A stretch of DNA of 64,000 nucleotides from Azolla caroliniana (taxonomy: Eukaryota; Plantae; Polypodiophyta), in contig JBHGNT010000007.1 of the NCBI GenBank assembly GCA_043228905.1, positions 8,990,001 through 9,054,000 of the forward strand. The letters are read 5' to 3'. Numbering within the stretch: the first letter of the stretch is position 1; every line of letters starts with the position of its first letter. Made by a program: the position numbers and the translations under genes. Below are positions 1-14,206 of the stretch, in pieces. The notes below the pieces were generated by a model. That model ran no database searches. It saw nothing but the letters and a program-made list of their open reading frames with translations, and had not been told where the DNA came from.

Positions 1-2167
1 CACATAATCCCTTTAATCTTGACGAATATACAATTGGATCTAATGAGAACTACAAATAGATATTAAGCCAAATGTATTTGTTCTTTGTTCTTTGTGTTAA
101 CTTTTTTGTAAAATCCCTCTCAACCTAATGAGTGTGCAATCTTGGGTGCACCCACCATTGGTATCGAGGTGAGAGTGGGATTGGCATTGGGGTACGACGG
201 AGGTCCAAGGCATTCAAAGGTTAGCAATGATAATTGTGTGTGTTGTGTGACGTGTCAATCGCGATGAATAGAGAGGAAGTTAGGAACGTGGTTGGTATAA
301 AGTTAGTATACGACCAATTCGGAGGTGAGGGATGAAAGGTGCACCGAAAGTCCACGAAAGATGGGATAACAATTGTGCCCACCACTCTTTCAACAATTGC
401 GGAAGTAGGAAGATGGAAGAAATTGAGCTTGATTTTGCAAATTGGCCGATTGCCACTTCCTAGGATTTGCATTGAAATCAAATGCCAAATACATCATATT
501 CATAATAGTTAGGAGCTTGAACCTTGGATCCACTAAAAGGATGCATAATAGTTGAAGACTGAAGTATACGAATGACAACTTGAATGGTTGGGTCAAGGAT
601 GTTTATGTAGTCATTGGTGAATGTGATCATGATCAACACACTCCACTCTTTGGGAGGATTTTCATTAGGGAGTGAAGAAAACAACGGGTAGTTTAAAAGT
701 AATGTAGGTAGCCTTTCTTGAGCTTTAGTAAAGTCATCACATGGCCACAGTTTATGGAGCGGAAAGTAAGTGGGACGTGTTTGCATCCAAGATGGTGAAG
801 ATGCCAAGTTATCCCAAAATGTGGAGTCAATGAAAAACTATAAACATCATGATGGTTGAATTCTAGGTGGTTTGCTGGAGGGATCAAATACTTTGTAGAA
901 CCAACAAGTTGGACTATTGCATGGATGTAAAGTGGACTTGTCCTTCATCTTTTAATTATAGAGGTATGGTAAGAAGAATAGGTTCACCTTGGTTTTGACT
1001 TTGAAGTTGGGTTAGTAACCGAATAGATGTGCGAATAATGACTCTACCCCCAAATGATAGATAGACAACATTCTTTTGATGGCCTAAAAGTAAATACAAT
1101 AAAAGAATATCACAGAAGCTCATTAGAATCTCCCCCCCCAAAAAGTTTGATTTACAAAATCATCATATATACGTACGTGACGACGCCAAGCCCATAGTAT
1201 GTTAATGTACATATGTGTATATGTATGCGATGAGTGAGACCCATACGAGAAAAGAGAATGAAAGAAGACGCAACATTTATCCCACATACAAAGGAAGGCA
1301 CATAGATTGAGCCATATATATGAGTAAGTGGAAGAGAGAAGACTTCATCCCGGGTGGTTCTGTACCTGTAACCCTCACAAGGGGGGATTTGGGGGCTGTG
1401 TGGAGGCATGGCTCCGCTGGGCTAAGGACCGGCAGGCGGCGCATCTAAATGGGCGCGCCCGCTCCAAGCAGAGAGTGTCGGTGGGCGTCTCGCCGGAGGG
1501 TGAGGCGTCTGCTGCCTTGAAGTGGCGGGGTACCGCGTGTAAGGCCGGCGACGGAGCAACGATCACCCCCCTCTCTCGGCGGTGGAGGGACAACGCCGCC
1601 CTTGCGCCCCTACTGACCATCCTCTCAGAGCCGCCACTGTCCACCGCAGCCTCCCTCCAAAACCTTTTTGTTCATATAACTTCTTCAGTGAGGAGGCATC
1701 CAACCAAGATGGACCATTCGGGACCTGAACCAGGAAGATGACTTTGTTTCTTGATTGGTGTGGTGTGGTGGTGCACAATTTGTGTAAAATGTTTGATTAG
1801 GTGTTTAAATGCTAAATTTTATGACGAAAGCCTAGAGTTTTAGGAAACAAATTTTAGCTATGCATGTATTTTATTTATAGAGGAGGGGTATCTTTGGAAC
1901 ACAAAACCCCCCACCCTAGGTTTAAACCCAAGGCATACGGGTAGTGGTTGCCGAGTGTCCAACTTTGAGCATTGTCGTGAGGTCGTGTGTGTGAGTCGGG
2001 AACAAGTATTGGGCCCCTATTCCTTAGTAGAGTGAGCATGTTCCCACTATCGAGTAGCATTTTCAATAACATTAGCAATTGCATCGATAGGCCTAACTTT
2101 GGGCTCTCTCCTCCCTTAGTCATCATTACTCGATGAGGGGTTTGTACATACACATTCCTTTTGTCTT

Positions 2168-2645
2168 TGTAAAAGAATACATGTGCGGAAGCTTAACGAA
2201 ATGCAAGACACAATCTGTTATTTGAAAGTATAACAACTAGCTAGGTAAACACAGAATATGCGAGAGAGACTAAGTAGAGTAGACAATAACAAATTCTTTA
2301 CAAAATGCTCAACGCATACAATGTGCTCAATGAGAACTATTTATACAAGTCCTCAAAGGACCGACAAGTACTTCAATGCTCTTAAAAGAGCCTTTGACAC
2401 TAATTGCCTATATTAGACCTATTTCCTAGAATAGGTCTAATTAGCATGTGTGATGTTCCGAATTGGCTTTCACAGCCGTTATTAGGTTTGGATACGGTAT
2501 CCGATTTAGCATTCGGTCCAGAAATTGGGCGTAGCCAGCTGGATCGATTCTGGTCCGACCCATCTTGAGCTTGCTCGCTCAACACTCCCCCTCAAGCTCA
2601 ACTTGAGGTCAGTCCGTCGTGTCAGCATCCGTCGGTTCTTGTCTC
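2168..2645 (-). mobile_element. Truncated copia remnant: 3' LTR (about 2168-2584) plus PPT
   Basis: TGT...CAACA segment resembles the LTR at 20906 (atgtgcggaag ... ttgagcttgctcgc[t/a]caaca). It is followed by ctccccctcaagctcaacttgaggtc, identical to the PPT region at 21354. Confidence 0.7.
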
Positions 2646-3339
2646 AAACTCCTCTTGGTGTCCTCACGCCTAGCTCTCTATCATGAAGATTTCTGGCCAC
2701 AATGGGAAAATCAAGTGGAGTGGGCGAGAACGTGGATGTGCAACAATTGCACATGTACGTACACATTAGGGAAAATGTAAATAGAAATAAAAGGTAAATG
2801 CAAAGGGTGGTGCTAGAGTGTATGAAGGAGTTAGTGAGGACTAAATGTGATGTGTACATTAGTGCACATGCACACGTAGTAGGTAGTGGGGGAGTGTGAA
2901 ATGTTAGAGTTTTGGCAACTCTATATGCACGGCGAAATACGTAATAGACCCCCAAGATCAACAAATAACATATATGTGTAGAGATAGGAACATAGACATA
3001 AACAAATGATGTAGCTATAGAGGGAAGAATCAAACTATTATATAATATAAGAATGAAACTTGGATGTGTATACAATATAGGGAGGAAGAGCTCTTGCACA
3101 TATGACTATGATCCACTCAAAACTCTATATTAGCAAGATCGTGTAGCCTTCTCTTATACTTGAAGGATTTTGCATGCATATACTACATGTATTCATCATT
3201 AACTAATATTGAATGACAAACCAATAATGATTTGATGGTTAAACTAAAGAACGATGAACACATATGTCATGTGTTCAAGTCCTTCCAAGAGGGAGCTTGA
3301 TTTCCAACACTCCCCCTCAAGCTCGAGATGATTTATCTT

Positions 3340-6300
3340 CTACGTCATTTGACGCATATATTTATTTAACTTTTCTGAATCCAAAAACTTTGTAAATATA
3401 TCTGCAACTTGATCACTTGTTTTAACATGTAACAACAGTATTTCTTTGGTTATCACTTTTTCTCTTATGAAATGATAATGAACTTCAATGTGTTTGCTCC
3501 TTGCATGGAATATTGGATTCTTTGCTAGATAGATACTAGACATACTATCTGATAACATTAAGAAATCATTGTACTTAACCTTTAAATATCTAAACAACTT
3601 TTTTAGCCACATTGCATTTGCCAATGCCCTGTACTCGGCTTCTGTCGATGATAAGGCAACCGTGGGTTGCTTCTTTGAACTACAGGAGATAGTTTTGGAA
3701 CCTATCATAAACACATATCCTGATACACTTCTTCTATCATGTAATGAACTAGCCCAATCAGCATCACAATCCCCTCTTGGACTTAAGTCATCATTATAAT
3801 CATAAAGCATACCATAGTTAATTGTACCTTTTAAATATCTTAGAATTCTTCTAGCAACATTCAAGTGAACAATAGTTGGTTCTTACATGTACTATGTCTG
3901 GTCTTGTGATAGTCACATAGATAAGAGACCCTATTACACTTCTATATAAATGTTCATCTTTGATCTCCTCACCTTCATCTACTTTAAATTTTGCATTGGC
4001 ATCCACAGGTAATTGTAGTGGCTTACATGCAAGCATACCAAATTTTTGTAACATATCTAAGATATATTTCCTTTGTGACAAGCATAATCCCTCCTTTTTC
4101 CTTATAATCTCAATACCTAGAATATATCTTAATTCACCTAGATCTGAAATCTTACATTTTGATTTCAACTTTGCCTTAATATCATTAATGCATTCTTCAT
4201 TATCACCTGTTATGATTAGGTCATCGACATAAATGCAAATCACCACAATTTCATTACCTTAAAAATGGATCTGCATCTAACACTTTGAATTCTTGCTTCA
4301 TCAAGTATAAAACCAGCTTGTGATACCAAGCTCTCGATGCTTGCTTTAAACCATATAAAGCCTTTTTCAACTTACACACATAATTAGGATAATCTGGGTG
4401 CACATAACCTTGTGGTTGCTCCACATATATTTCTTCTTCTAAATCACCATTAAGGAATGCATTCTTTACATCTAGTTGATACCAATTTCCATTTCTTTGC
4501 GGTTGCAATTGCTAGCAAAGTTCTAATAGTTGTCATTTTTGCTACTGGACTAAAGGTTTCCTCATAGTCAAACCCATACTTTTGAGCATAACCTTTCACA
4601 ACTAACCTTGCTTTGTATCTAGCGATAGTACCATTTGAATTGCACTTAATTTTATATACCCACTTACATCCAATTGGCTTGATTTCTTTATTTCTCAGCA
4701 CCAACATCCAAGTTCCATTTTCAAGTAAGGCTAGCATCTCCTCATCCATTGCTTCTTGCCATTCTTGTTTCTTTTCTACTTCTTCAAAGTTAGATGGCTC
4801 TTCTACTTTAATCACTTGTGACATATATGCAAAATGATTAACCATAAAAGAATCATAAGTTAATCTTTGTACCGGATGCCTTACTCTTGTTGAACGTCGA
4901 AGTTTGCTATCTTGATCTTGTTCATTACTTCCATCTTCATTCAAGCTTTCAACCCATAATTTTTTGTCATCAACTTTTCCTTTTCCTTTGTTTGTACTTT
5001 CCATTGTGTCAGGCGTAGACTTTTTGAACTTGGTAGTGCATGGACTTACTTCCTTTATTAATGTTGAAGGACTTTCTTGTGACTCCTCTTGAGCTTCCTT
5101 TTCATATTCATCAACAATGAATTCTTCTACCTGCAAACTATTAGATTGCACATACCATGATGTCATTTAATCAAATACCACATCTCTACTTATTCTTAAC
5201 TCCTTGTTTATTGGATTATAACAACGATAACTCGTTTGTTCCAAACAGTAACCAATAAAGATACATTTTTTAGATTTGGCATCCAATTTTGATCTTACCT
5301 CACTAGGCACATGTACATAACAAATGCATCCAAATATTCTTAGATTAGACAAATTTGGTTTCTTACCACTCCATATTTCTTCAGGAGTCAATGCATGTAT
5401 TCCTGCAGTTGGACATCTGTTGATTAAATACACAACAATAGATACTACATCTGCCCAAAATGAATGTGGCATCTTCTTCTCATTCAACATTGATCGTGCT
5501 ACTTCAACAATCACTCTATTTTTCCTTTCAGCGACACCATTTTGTTGAGGTGTATATCTGCATGTAAATTGTCTTCTAATCCCATTCTCAATCAAAAAAT
5601 TAGAAAACTCATTAGAGAAATACTCCCCCCTCCATCTAACCTTAACATTTTTATTTGGGTTTTCACCTCCTTTTCGACCGACTTTTAAATATCTTAAAAT
5701 AATAAAACACGTCTGACTTATTCTTCATGAAGTAGACCCATGTCTTCCTTGAGTAATCATCAATAAAACTTACATAATAACGATTACCTCCATGATATGT
5801 TTTTGTTGTTGGTCCCCATACATCTGAATGGACCAATTGCAACACAGCTACTCATATACCTGTCTTTTTTGAAAGGCAATCGAGCATGTTTTCCAAGTTG
5901 ACAAGCCTCACACACACACATAGTGGAAACTTTTATTTATAAATGCAGGCAAACTATAAACAATTTCATTAGCTTGCATGCTTTTCAACTTTTGGAAATT
6001 GACACGGCCTACCCTCTTATGCCACAAATCTATTTCCGCAACCTTATCATTATTATGGGTGAAACACATTTTGGGAGTATTGACATTATTTAAATCCATT
6101 GTAAACAACCTTCCTTTTCTTTCTCCTTTTGCAACAATCTTAAGTCCCTTCCTAGGATTTTCTACAAAGCACCCATGTTGTGTAAACCTAACTTGCAATC
6201 CTTTCTCAATAATTTGTCCCACTGATATCGAGTTTTTTGTAATTGTGGGAACATGCAACACATTAGATAGGCACTTTGCAGAACCATGAGAATGATGTAA

Positions 6301-7931
6301 GGGCACATTTCCTACATGTTCAATGCAATGCTTCGAATCATCACTCGTTTGTACATAACTAAACTCCTTAGGTGCATGCAAATTCTCTAACACATTTTCA
6401 TTGCATGACATGTGATTACTACACCCACTACATATATACCAATTGCTATCACATTCATCATATTTTTTTCCAAAATAAAGCTACTTTCCCATTAGTTAGG
6501 AAGGATTATTACAAGGAGACTATACAAGGAAGCTTATACACAAAATGGGGAATCTCCCTCAGATCAAGGTCAAGAAAATGAGACTACTTACATAGTTTTT
6601 CAAACCGACTACCTAAAGTAAGTAGATACCTATACCTAAAAGCAGTGGCCTTTAGTGTCGGCTAGAATGAGCCGACTCCCGGGGCCTACATCGAAGGAAG
6701 GGAGGCGTGAAAGAAGGAAATAACCATTGTGGGGCCTGGTAGTTCCACCTCGGTCCACTTTCTCCTAGTGTCACCATAGGCGTGTTCCGCCATTTCTGCC
6801 AAAAGCGCAACCGGGTAGTGGCCACGTCATTGGAATGGTTGCAAACCTCATCTAATTGCCCTCGTAGGCAGCTGATAAGCGCGAACTAGATATCCATGAT
6901 CACTTCCTCTGGGGGTTGTACCCGATCTTGGAAAACCTTTAAGCATCGTGCTTTCCAGACATACCATAAGGTGAAGCCCGCGATCAACCTCCAAATTTCC
7001 AGGAACCTAGGGGATGCGGAAACATGATTCATAACAACCATGTTATCTAAGTTTTGCAATTGACCAGATGTGGAAGCGTAATTACTTTTATTATGTTTTT
7101 GATAACACTGATTAGCATAATGTCCATATTTACCACAAACAAAACATGTACCTCTTCCTCATCTTATTCCAAATCTTCCTCGTTGTCCATTTATTCTTCC
7201 TCCTCTTCCACCTCTCCAACTTTCATTGCTTTGATTGTGTTGTTGTTGAGAATTTTCTCTTCCTCCACCACAATTTTTATTATTTGTACCTCTTCCTTAT
7301 GAGCTTGTATAAAACACTTGAGATCGATTCGACCTTGAGGATGAACCTTGTAGATTCAACTCCTCCGTTATCATAAGAGAAACAAGTTGCTCAAAATTAG
7401 GCAAAGTGTCTCTTACATATACTGATGTGATGAAAGACTTCCACTTATCATCGTCCCTTAAACCATTTAGACAAAATGCTACAAGATCATCATTATCAAC
7501 AACACTACTTATCGAGGCTTGTGCATCTAAAACATCTTTAATCTTCAAAACATAATCATTCACCGTTGTCGACGGTGATTTTTTAAATTGTTCAACACAT
7601 TTTTAAGTTGAATCTTTTGTACTTTTGTTGTTGATGTGTATAATCTTTCTAGACTATTCCATACTTCCCTTAAAGTTTCTAAATCTTGTATATGTCATAT
7701 CATAGAATTTGAGATGTTTTGTGACAAAATAAAAGTTACCATCTTATCCTTTGTATTCGATTGATTATAAGCATCGATTTCAGCTTTCGTCGAACTTTGA
7801 TCAAGAACTCTAGTTGCTCTGTTGTTCTCACAATGAATGTCTTTTCCAATAAGGTAGTTCCTCATACGAAACTTCCACAGTTGGTAGTTGCCTTTGCCAA
7901 GTTTCTCCACTTGCGATGAGATCTCCGTCAT
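3340..7931 (-). pseudogene. copia gag-pol pseudogene (frameshifts and stops)
   Basis: ORFs 7695-7931, 7297-7563, 5908-6411, 5663-5845, 5167-5595, 4450-5166, 4254-4508, 3851-4246 and 3340-3864 lie in gag-PR-INT-RT-RH order. Confidence 0.92.
6462..7020 (-). mobile_element. 5'-truncated L1-type LINE fragment inserted in copia gag/protease
   Basis: Minus strand reads PRFLEIWRLIAGFTLWYVWKARCLKVFQD, resembling the plant L1 ORF2 C-terminal W-x2-W-x2-R motif. A T-run at about 6463 corresponds to a poly-A tail. It interrupts the copia coding region. Confidence 0.65.
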
Positions 7932-8455
7932 GTTTAGGCTTTAATGGTAGCTTTGATACCACTTGTTAGAGTTTTGGCAACTCTATATGCACTTCAAAAC
8001 ACATAATAGACCCCCAAGATCAACAAATAACATATATTCAACAAATAACATATATGCGTCGAGATAGGAACATAGACATAAACAAATGATGTAGATATAG
8101 AGGGAAGAATCAAGCTATTATAATATAAGAATGAAACTTGGATGTGTATACAATATAGGGAGGAAGAGCTCTTGCACATATGACTATGCTCCACTCAAAA
8201 CTCTAGATGTTAACAAGATCATGTAGCCTTCTCTTATACTTGTGAAGGACTTTTGCATGAACACCACTTGTCACACGTATTTTGCATGCACGCCACTTTT
8301 GCATGCATATACTACATGCATTCATCATTAACTAATATTGAATATTGAATGATACAATATAACAAACCAATAATGGCTTGATGGTTAAACTAAATAACTA
8401 TGAACACATATGTCATGTATTCAAGTCCTTCCAAGTACGAGGTTGATTTCCAACA

Positions 8456-9050
8456 TACATGAAAGTAAGGGAGTTTAATGTACCTCCTCAATCACTCCTA
8501 CAATCAAGGCTAAATATCTCCTTTGAAAAAGAGAAGAATATTTTGACCGCACTTTGTAATGGCCTTCCCACCTTGAACTATAAGGGTTTTTCTTTTCTAT
8601 GAGGGTTAGGGTTAGGTCGATAGGTTCTCTGTTTGTCAAGGGTTTCTTGAGCTCGAATGCTTGTAAGGTTCTATGTTCTAAGTAGTCTACTGTGCAAGGC
8701 CTCCACTCGCGGTGGCGAGCTCGAGAGCTCCCCGACTAGAGGCTCGCCTTTAGATACACGTCGTATCCAGTTCGAAGCCGCGGGTGTAATCAACTACCTT
8801 ATATATATATTCTTATGGTTGTGTACGATGTGTCGTTTTTCTGTTTGGATGTTTTATCATACTTTCTCTCCTACTGGTTACTGTGCATAAATGTTTGTGT
8901 TTCTCTCGTTCTCTTTTTATTGTAATTACCTTACCCTAGTGGTAAGTTGTTAGCACTACAAGCATTGCGTTGTGGGTTGAACCCATGACCACCTGGTGTC
9001 CATTGGGCAACCTTACCAACTGAGCTACATGCTCTCTCTCTCTCTCTCTC
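8456..9050 (+). repeat. Gypsy-type LTR remnant (start about 2895, split by the copia and the LINE)
   Basis: PPT-like gtgggggag followed by TGTG at 2886-2898. 8690-8785 resembles the LTR segment at 30753-30860 (gtgcaag...gagctccccgac...cgaagccg). TATA-like ctataag at about 8578. Confidence 0.5.
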
Positions 9051-9360
9051 TTTGGTGCTGTTGCCGTCGCCGGCGTTTGACGACTGCCGCCGTCGCCGTC
9101 GATGTCATCTTCATCTATCGTCGTTGGTTCTTGGCCTTCACCGTCGCCGTCACTGTCGTGGCGTGTTTCTTCTCTTTCTTTTCTTGATGTTGTCGAGTGT
9201 TGTTTTTCTTGGCGCGTTCGTGGGTGGATTCTTTTGGCGTGCTCATCGTGTGCTACATCGTCGCCTGCTACAACATGCCGATGTGACTGCGACATACACA
9301 CAAACTCGGCTAAGTCTCAAACCCATTTATTTTATCTTTTTGTTTCTTATTGACACCACA

Positions 9361-10170
9361 ATGACGTCTAAACGAACTAAGGAAAATATGGATACACAAG
9401 ACGAGGGTATAAGTAAGGAGGACTTTTTAGATATGTTTAATCGTTTAACAAAAATAGAGATGGATATGAAAAAATGGGTGAAAGACGCCGAAACCCACAA
9501 GAAAAAAGATAGAGAGGAAAAAGACGCCCTCAAGGCCGAAATAGAAAAACTTAAAGTGGAAAACACCAACCTTAAAAAACAACTTAATGACATCGAGGTA
9601 TTTCGAGAGGACGGTGAAATATCCTCCATAGAGGATATAAAGGACGAGATTAAAAAAGTTAAAGAGGAAGTTAAAAATAACATAGAGTTAGCTAAAACGG
9701 GTTGGGTAGACGTGGTTAAAAGAAACATTAAAAAAGAAATAAAAGATGAAAATATTGTTAATACCACCCTTGAAGAAGAGAAAATGCATCAGGTCCGACG
9801 CTTAAATGTACGTGTCACTGGGCTCAAGGAAGGTTCATCCCCAGATGAGGATGCACAAACACTTGGGAAAATGGTAGGGTACACATAGGCCCTACCTATC
9901 ACCAAAGCATGGAGGGCCAGACGTGACACAACTAGGAAGAGAGCCGTCCTTCAATTTAAAGACTTAGACTCTAGAATCACCTTCTTTAAGAAGAGACAAA
10001 TTCTTTGAGGATTGGGTGGGGACCCTATCTATCTCGATGAAGACCTCACTAAGATGCGAATTGAGCATCGCAATAGTTGTATGCCACGAGTTATGCAAGC
10101 TCATAAAGAAGGGCATCGCGCCTTTTACCGAGACGGGTGAGTGATCATAAATGATCGCACTACTAATTGA
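9361..10170 (+). pseudogene. LINE ORF1 (coiled coil plus RRM-like domain), with nonsense mutations
   Basis: Heptad-rich K/E region, RRLNVRVTGLKE and IYLDEDLTK motifs. In-frame stops at 9886 and later. Confidence 0.75.
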
Positions 10171-10206
10171 CGGCGTGTGGCCCATGTGACAGAAAATGCA
10201 CTTAGG

Positions 10207-13200
10207 ATGACCTTATGGAATTGTAACGGCGCACTCTGGACACACCCCGGCCGCCTAGAAGAGATATTAAAGGTATCAGATATACTTTTCTTGGTAGAAA
10301 CACACCAAAGCCCAAATAGAGGATTCCCACGGGCCGAAGGATTCCGTTGGGAGTCTGCTTTTAGAAAAACCTCACGTCGACACACTACCAGGGGATCTGG
10401 AGGTGTCGCGATATTGTTTCGTAGAGAGCTACATAATAGGATAGAAATACTGAGGACAGACCCAGAAGCTCGTTTTATGTGGGTGAAAGTCTCCACAAGC
10501 AAGGACCAGGCAATATTTTTCGCCATTTGTTACTTTCCCACAAAAGGATCCCATAATAATATTGCTGGCTTGACGAGATTAGTCGATGAAGGAATGTCAC
10601 ATGGGCCTTCCCCATACGAACCTCTATAGGATGACACAATATGATATTCTTCCCAAGGAGAATTATTCCTTGTAGGAGACTTCAATGCGAGAACCCAATC
10701 CCGACAATGCATAGTATTTCAAATGAATAGAAACCTAGAAATGGTAAATGTCGATCCTTTAGACATAGGCACCACACGTAGATCAAAGGATCAAAGTGCG
10801 GATGCCACGAGCTTTGGCCATCATCTGCTCGAACTTGGCAGTCAACACCGGATGGTCATATATAATGGTTTAGCCAAGTGGATGGGCTCGGAAGAGCTCA
10901 CATGTTTCCCACATGGAGGAGGGGAAAGCACAATTGATTATCTAATAGGACGCCTTGAAGCTACCCACATGATTAACTCCTTCTGGGTGGCCCCATGCCT
11001 TATTGGCGCAAACCATAGTTTCTTATACTTCGAGCTAAAATGCGATATCTCTAAGGTCACCAACTCTAGTCAACCACGTCATCACACCACAATACATTTC
11101 ACACATGAGCTCTTTGACATATACTCTCAACATGTTCAAGCCCATCTCTCCTCCCTTGATCCCTCCCTACCTTTAGAAAGCCTTAGTATGAAACTCACAC
11201 ACATCCTTCACTCCGCAACAACTAGTAGTTTCCCATATACAAAACACTCAAATCAAGGTAGATCAAGATCTATGCCACAAAATAAATGGTATGATGAGGA
11301 TTGTAGGGACTTACATAGACAACTTACAGTATCACAACTCAATGGTAGTATTACCTCAATACAAGCTCGCAAAGAAATGCGCAAGATGACACGTCGTAAG
11401 AGACGCGCGTGGGAGGCATCCCAATATTGGGAACTCTACCATATGCTCATGAGTAGCGATTGCGCCATGGCATGGAAGAGACTACGGGAGCCAAGACCAC
11501 AAACACCCATCGAAGATCCCGAAACCTGGCACACATATACAAAGAGACTTTACCAAATCCCAAACCAACCACCCATTCCAATGCCTTCCACACCCCGACC
11601 TACCACGGGGACACTTTTCACGACCTCTAGGGTCGCGAAGGTCATAAAGAAATTACAACATAGGAAGTCCATGCACCACACAGGATTGCGAGTAGAACAC
11701 ATTATATATGCAAGAGAGTGCCTAGATCCCTTGCTAACTCTAATCTTCAATCGTGCCCTCGCGGAGGTTTTTCCACCACAGTGGACTATGAACATAGTGG
11801 CCCCCATACATAAAGGGGGGGACCCCATGGACCCAAATACATATAGGACCATTATGATAGGTCATACCCTTGCTAAATTATATGGTGCAGTAATGGAAGC
11901 AGAGCTTAGCAATTATATGGAGACCCTAAATCTCCGTGCACCTGAACAAGATGGCTTTAGATGAGCCTTCTCCACCATTGATCATATCTTCACACTTAGA
12001 TGCTTAATTGACCAAACTAACGCTCGCAAGAAGAAATTATATTGTTGTTTTGTGGACTTCCGCAAGGCCTTTGACACAGTCTCTAGAGAGCGGTTGTTTG
12101 ATAGGCTTAAAAGCTTGAGGATACCAGATGACATGGTTTGGACCATCTACGCACTATATCAACAAGTGTCCGGGTGTGTTTGATGCCCAAGTGGCCTATC
12201 CAATTGTTTCACTAGCACTATTGGTGTAAAACAAGGTTGCCCCCTATCACCGACACTTTTTGTGATCTATATTGATGAGATCACAGATTTTATTGCTTGT
12301 AAGGGAGGCAACGGAGTAGTCCTTGGGGATACGCAGGTTCGTATCTTGCTCTATGTGGATGACATAGTTTTGCTCTCTGAATCCGAACACGACCTACAAA
12401 GGCACCTTAATGCCTTAGATGACTTTTGTGCACAACGAGGATTGGTAGTGAATCTAGGGAAAACTAAGGTCCTTATCTTCCACACATCGGCCCAAGTTAG
12501 AGCTAAGTGTCACCTAACTATCTCCCATAGCCCAGTTGAGGTGGTTGGATCATACATCTATCTCGTAGTCACTTTCAGTGCTCGCTCAGGTAATTTTTCA
12601 ATGACACAGGCAACAAAGGATAGACTTACGAGAGGACATGCATCCCTCTCACTCCTAGAGAGACAATGCCACCAAGCATACTTTCAAGAGCCACAGACTA
12701 AAGGGTGGCTCTTTGACTCATTAGTGACCCCCTCCCTCATGTATGCATCAACGGTTTGGGCTCCATGATTACCATATTTCATGTGGACTCAATTAGAGAG
12801 ACCATTGGTGATGATGTTATCACACCAACTCTGAAGCAAATCGACAGTACCACATGACATTATTAGGGCTGAGTTCACGTTACCCCCAATGCTAGTAGAG
12901 GCACTTTTCCAACTTGTAGTCTTTCTTCATAAGATACATAGCCAACCACATGATAGAATATCTCATCAAGCCTTTAAGGCCTCTCGATCATTGTATGAGT
13001 CCGGCTATATTAGCTCATGGTATGGTATGATGGTGAGTTGGCTTCTTGTGAATGGTCTAGACATTAATAACCTACCTCCACCTAGGTACAACCACACGAT
13101 TGATAACACTTTAATCTCTCATGAGGACCACAATAAAGTAATACGCCAAGATATATGACAAATTTGCACTTGGTATAAATGGATCACCCCACGAGAGCCA

Positions 13201-13792
13201 GTCCCATCTAAAATGTTGTACTATAAGGAACACTTCATGCACTTCTCTAAGCTAGATGTATTCTTACCACATGCACTAAGGGTTGCCATTGGACAACTTA
13301 GAATATCATCTCACCAACTTGAGATTGAGAATGGCCGTATTCATGGAGTCCCTAGGGAGGAAAGGATATGTAGGTTATGTCACATAGAGATAGAGGATGA
13401 GTATCACTTTACATGCAAGTGCCCAATCTACGCCGAGATAAGGGCAAAATACCAAGACATACTTGTCCTCTCCCACCCTCCCCAAACTATTAGATACTCT
13501 AGATATAAAGAAATTAGGCAAATACATTCTAGAGCTAAAACAACACAGAGAGAATAAGTTACAAAATGTTGACAATAATGTGGCTAATGTTCACCAACAT
13601 GTAACAAATGAAGTTTTTCAGGAACAGGGGGAGCCAACAAATGTCGACACACTTGCACCACTCGACCTTTCCCTTGATGAGGCAAAAAACCAAAGAAGAA
13701 CCAGACGTCCTCGGGTGCCGGGTTTCAAAGCAACTCGACGTGGTGTGGAAGCAATAATGAAAATAAGGGAACGTGAGCTACATCGCCTATAA
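10207..13792 (+). pseudogene. LINE ORF2 (APE-RT-Cys/His domain), with several in-frame stops and one late frameshift
   Basis: ORFs starting at 10177, 10723, 12262, 12889 and 13213 share one frame; the ORF at 13463 is shifted. Confidence 0.88.
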
Positions 13793-14119
13793 GCCATGGC
13801 TAGGGCACTCTCTACATTGGAACCACGGGTCACACCCACATCAAAACCCTTTGACACCCCACTTCTTTTCGAGAGGCTTGGGTGGAAATAAAATTAGGAT
13901 TAGTGTAAAGTCACTTCCTTTATCGAGTATACCACGTATTGTACACTACTAGAACTCTTTTAGCTTAAGTTTTATGTTTACTTTATTTAATTTTAGTTAT
14001 GATGATTGGATAAATACTCATTTTGTCTCATGGGCCAAATTTGGCCTTAGAAGACGTTAATATATCTTTCTTTCTCTCTCTCTCTCTCTCTCTCAATCAA
14101 CCCCCAACCGAACGGGTGA

Positions 14120-14206
14120 AGTTGAAATGTTTTCAATGGGGACAAAGTCCCATTCTATTTGGAAGCCTACAACGTCGAGGGATGTGGACAATGAGATGAG
14201 GCTGGA
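14120..14206 (+). pseudogene. Gypsy gag fragment that is the target of the TIR transposon
   Basis: Encodes FNGDKVPFYLEAYNVE...RLE, matching gag at 31184 (FNGDKVPSYLEAYNAE...RLEFF). It resumes as gtattt after 20804. Confidence 0.75.

Larger units (their letters stand above)
2902..8455 (-). mobile_element. Ty1/copia LTR retrotransposon, degenerate
   Basis: LTRs 2902-3309 and 7964-8455 (tgttagag...ttccaaca). PBS tggtatcaaagc at 7950-7961 (tRNA-iMet). PPT at 3310-3321. Broken gag, protease, integrase (VHSDVWGP, PQQNGVAERKNR), RT (IYVDDLII) and RNase H ORFs. No clean TSD. Confidence 0.93.
9051..14070 (+). mobile_element. Near full-length non-LTR retrotransposon, RTE-X-like
   Basis: Coiled-coil ORF1, then APE endonuclease (WNCNG, VETH, GDFNA, IDY), RT (GVKQGCPLSPTLF, LLYVDD) and C-terminal SSHQLEIENGR...CRLC...EDEYHFTCKCPIY motif. 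Flanked by (TC)n on both sides. Clade assignment is by motif recall only. Confidence 0.8.

Noticed and set aside
1-2167. Short ORFs and a GC-rich patch at 1330-1740
   Set aside because: No recognisable domain, termini or splice model. Probably decayed TE sequence, left unannotated.
2897-8464. TSD for the first copia
   Set aside because: Flanks tgaaa and tacat do not match; tgaaa recurs only 4 bp further out, so no TSD is claimed.
8690-8790. GC-rich LTR segment shared with 30753-30860 as a possible hammerhead ribozyme
   Set aside because: No CUGANGA/GAAA catalytic core found; explained by LTR homology.
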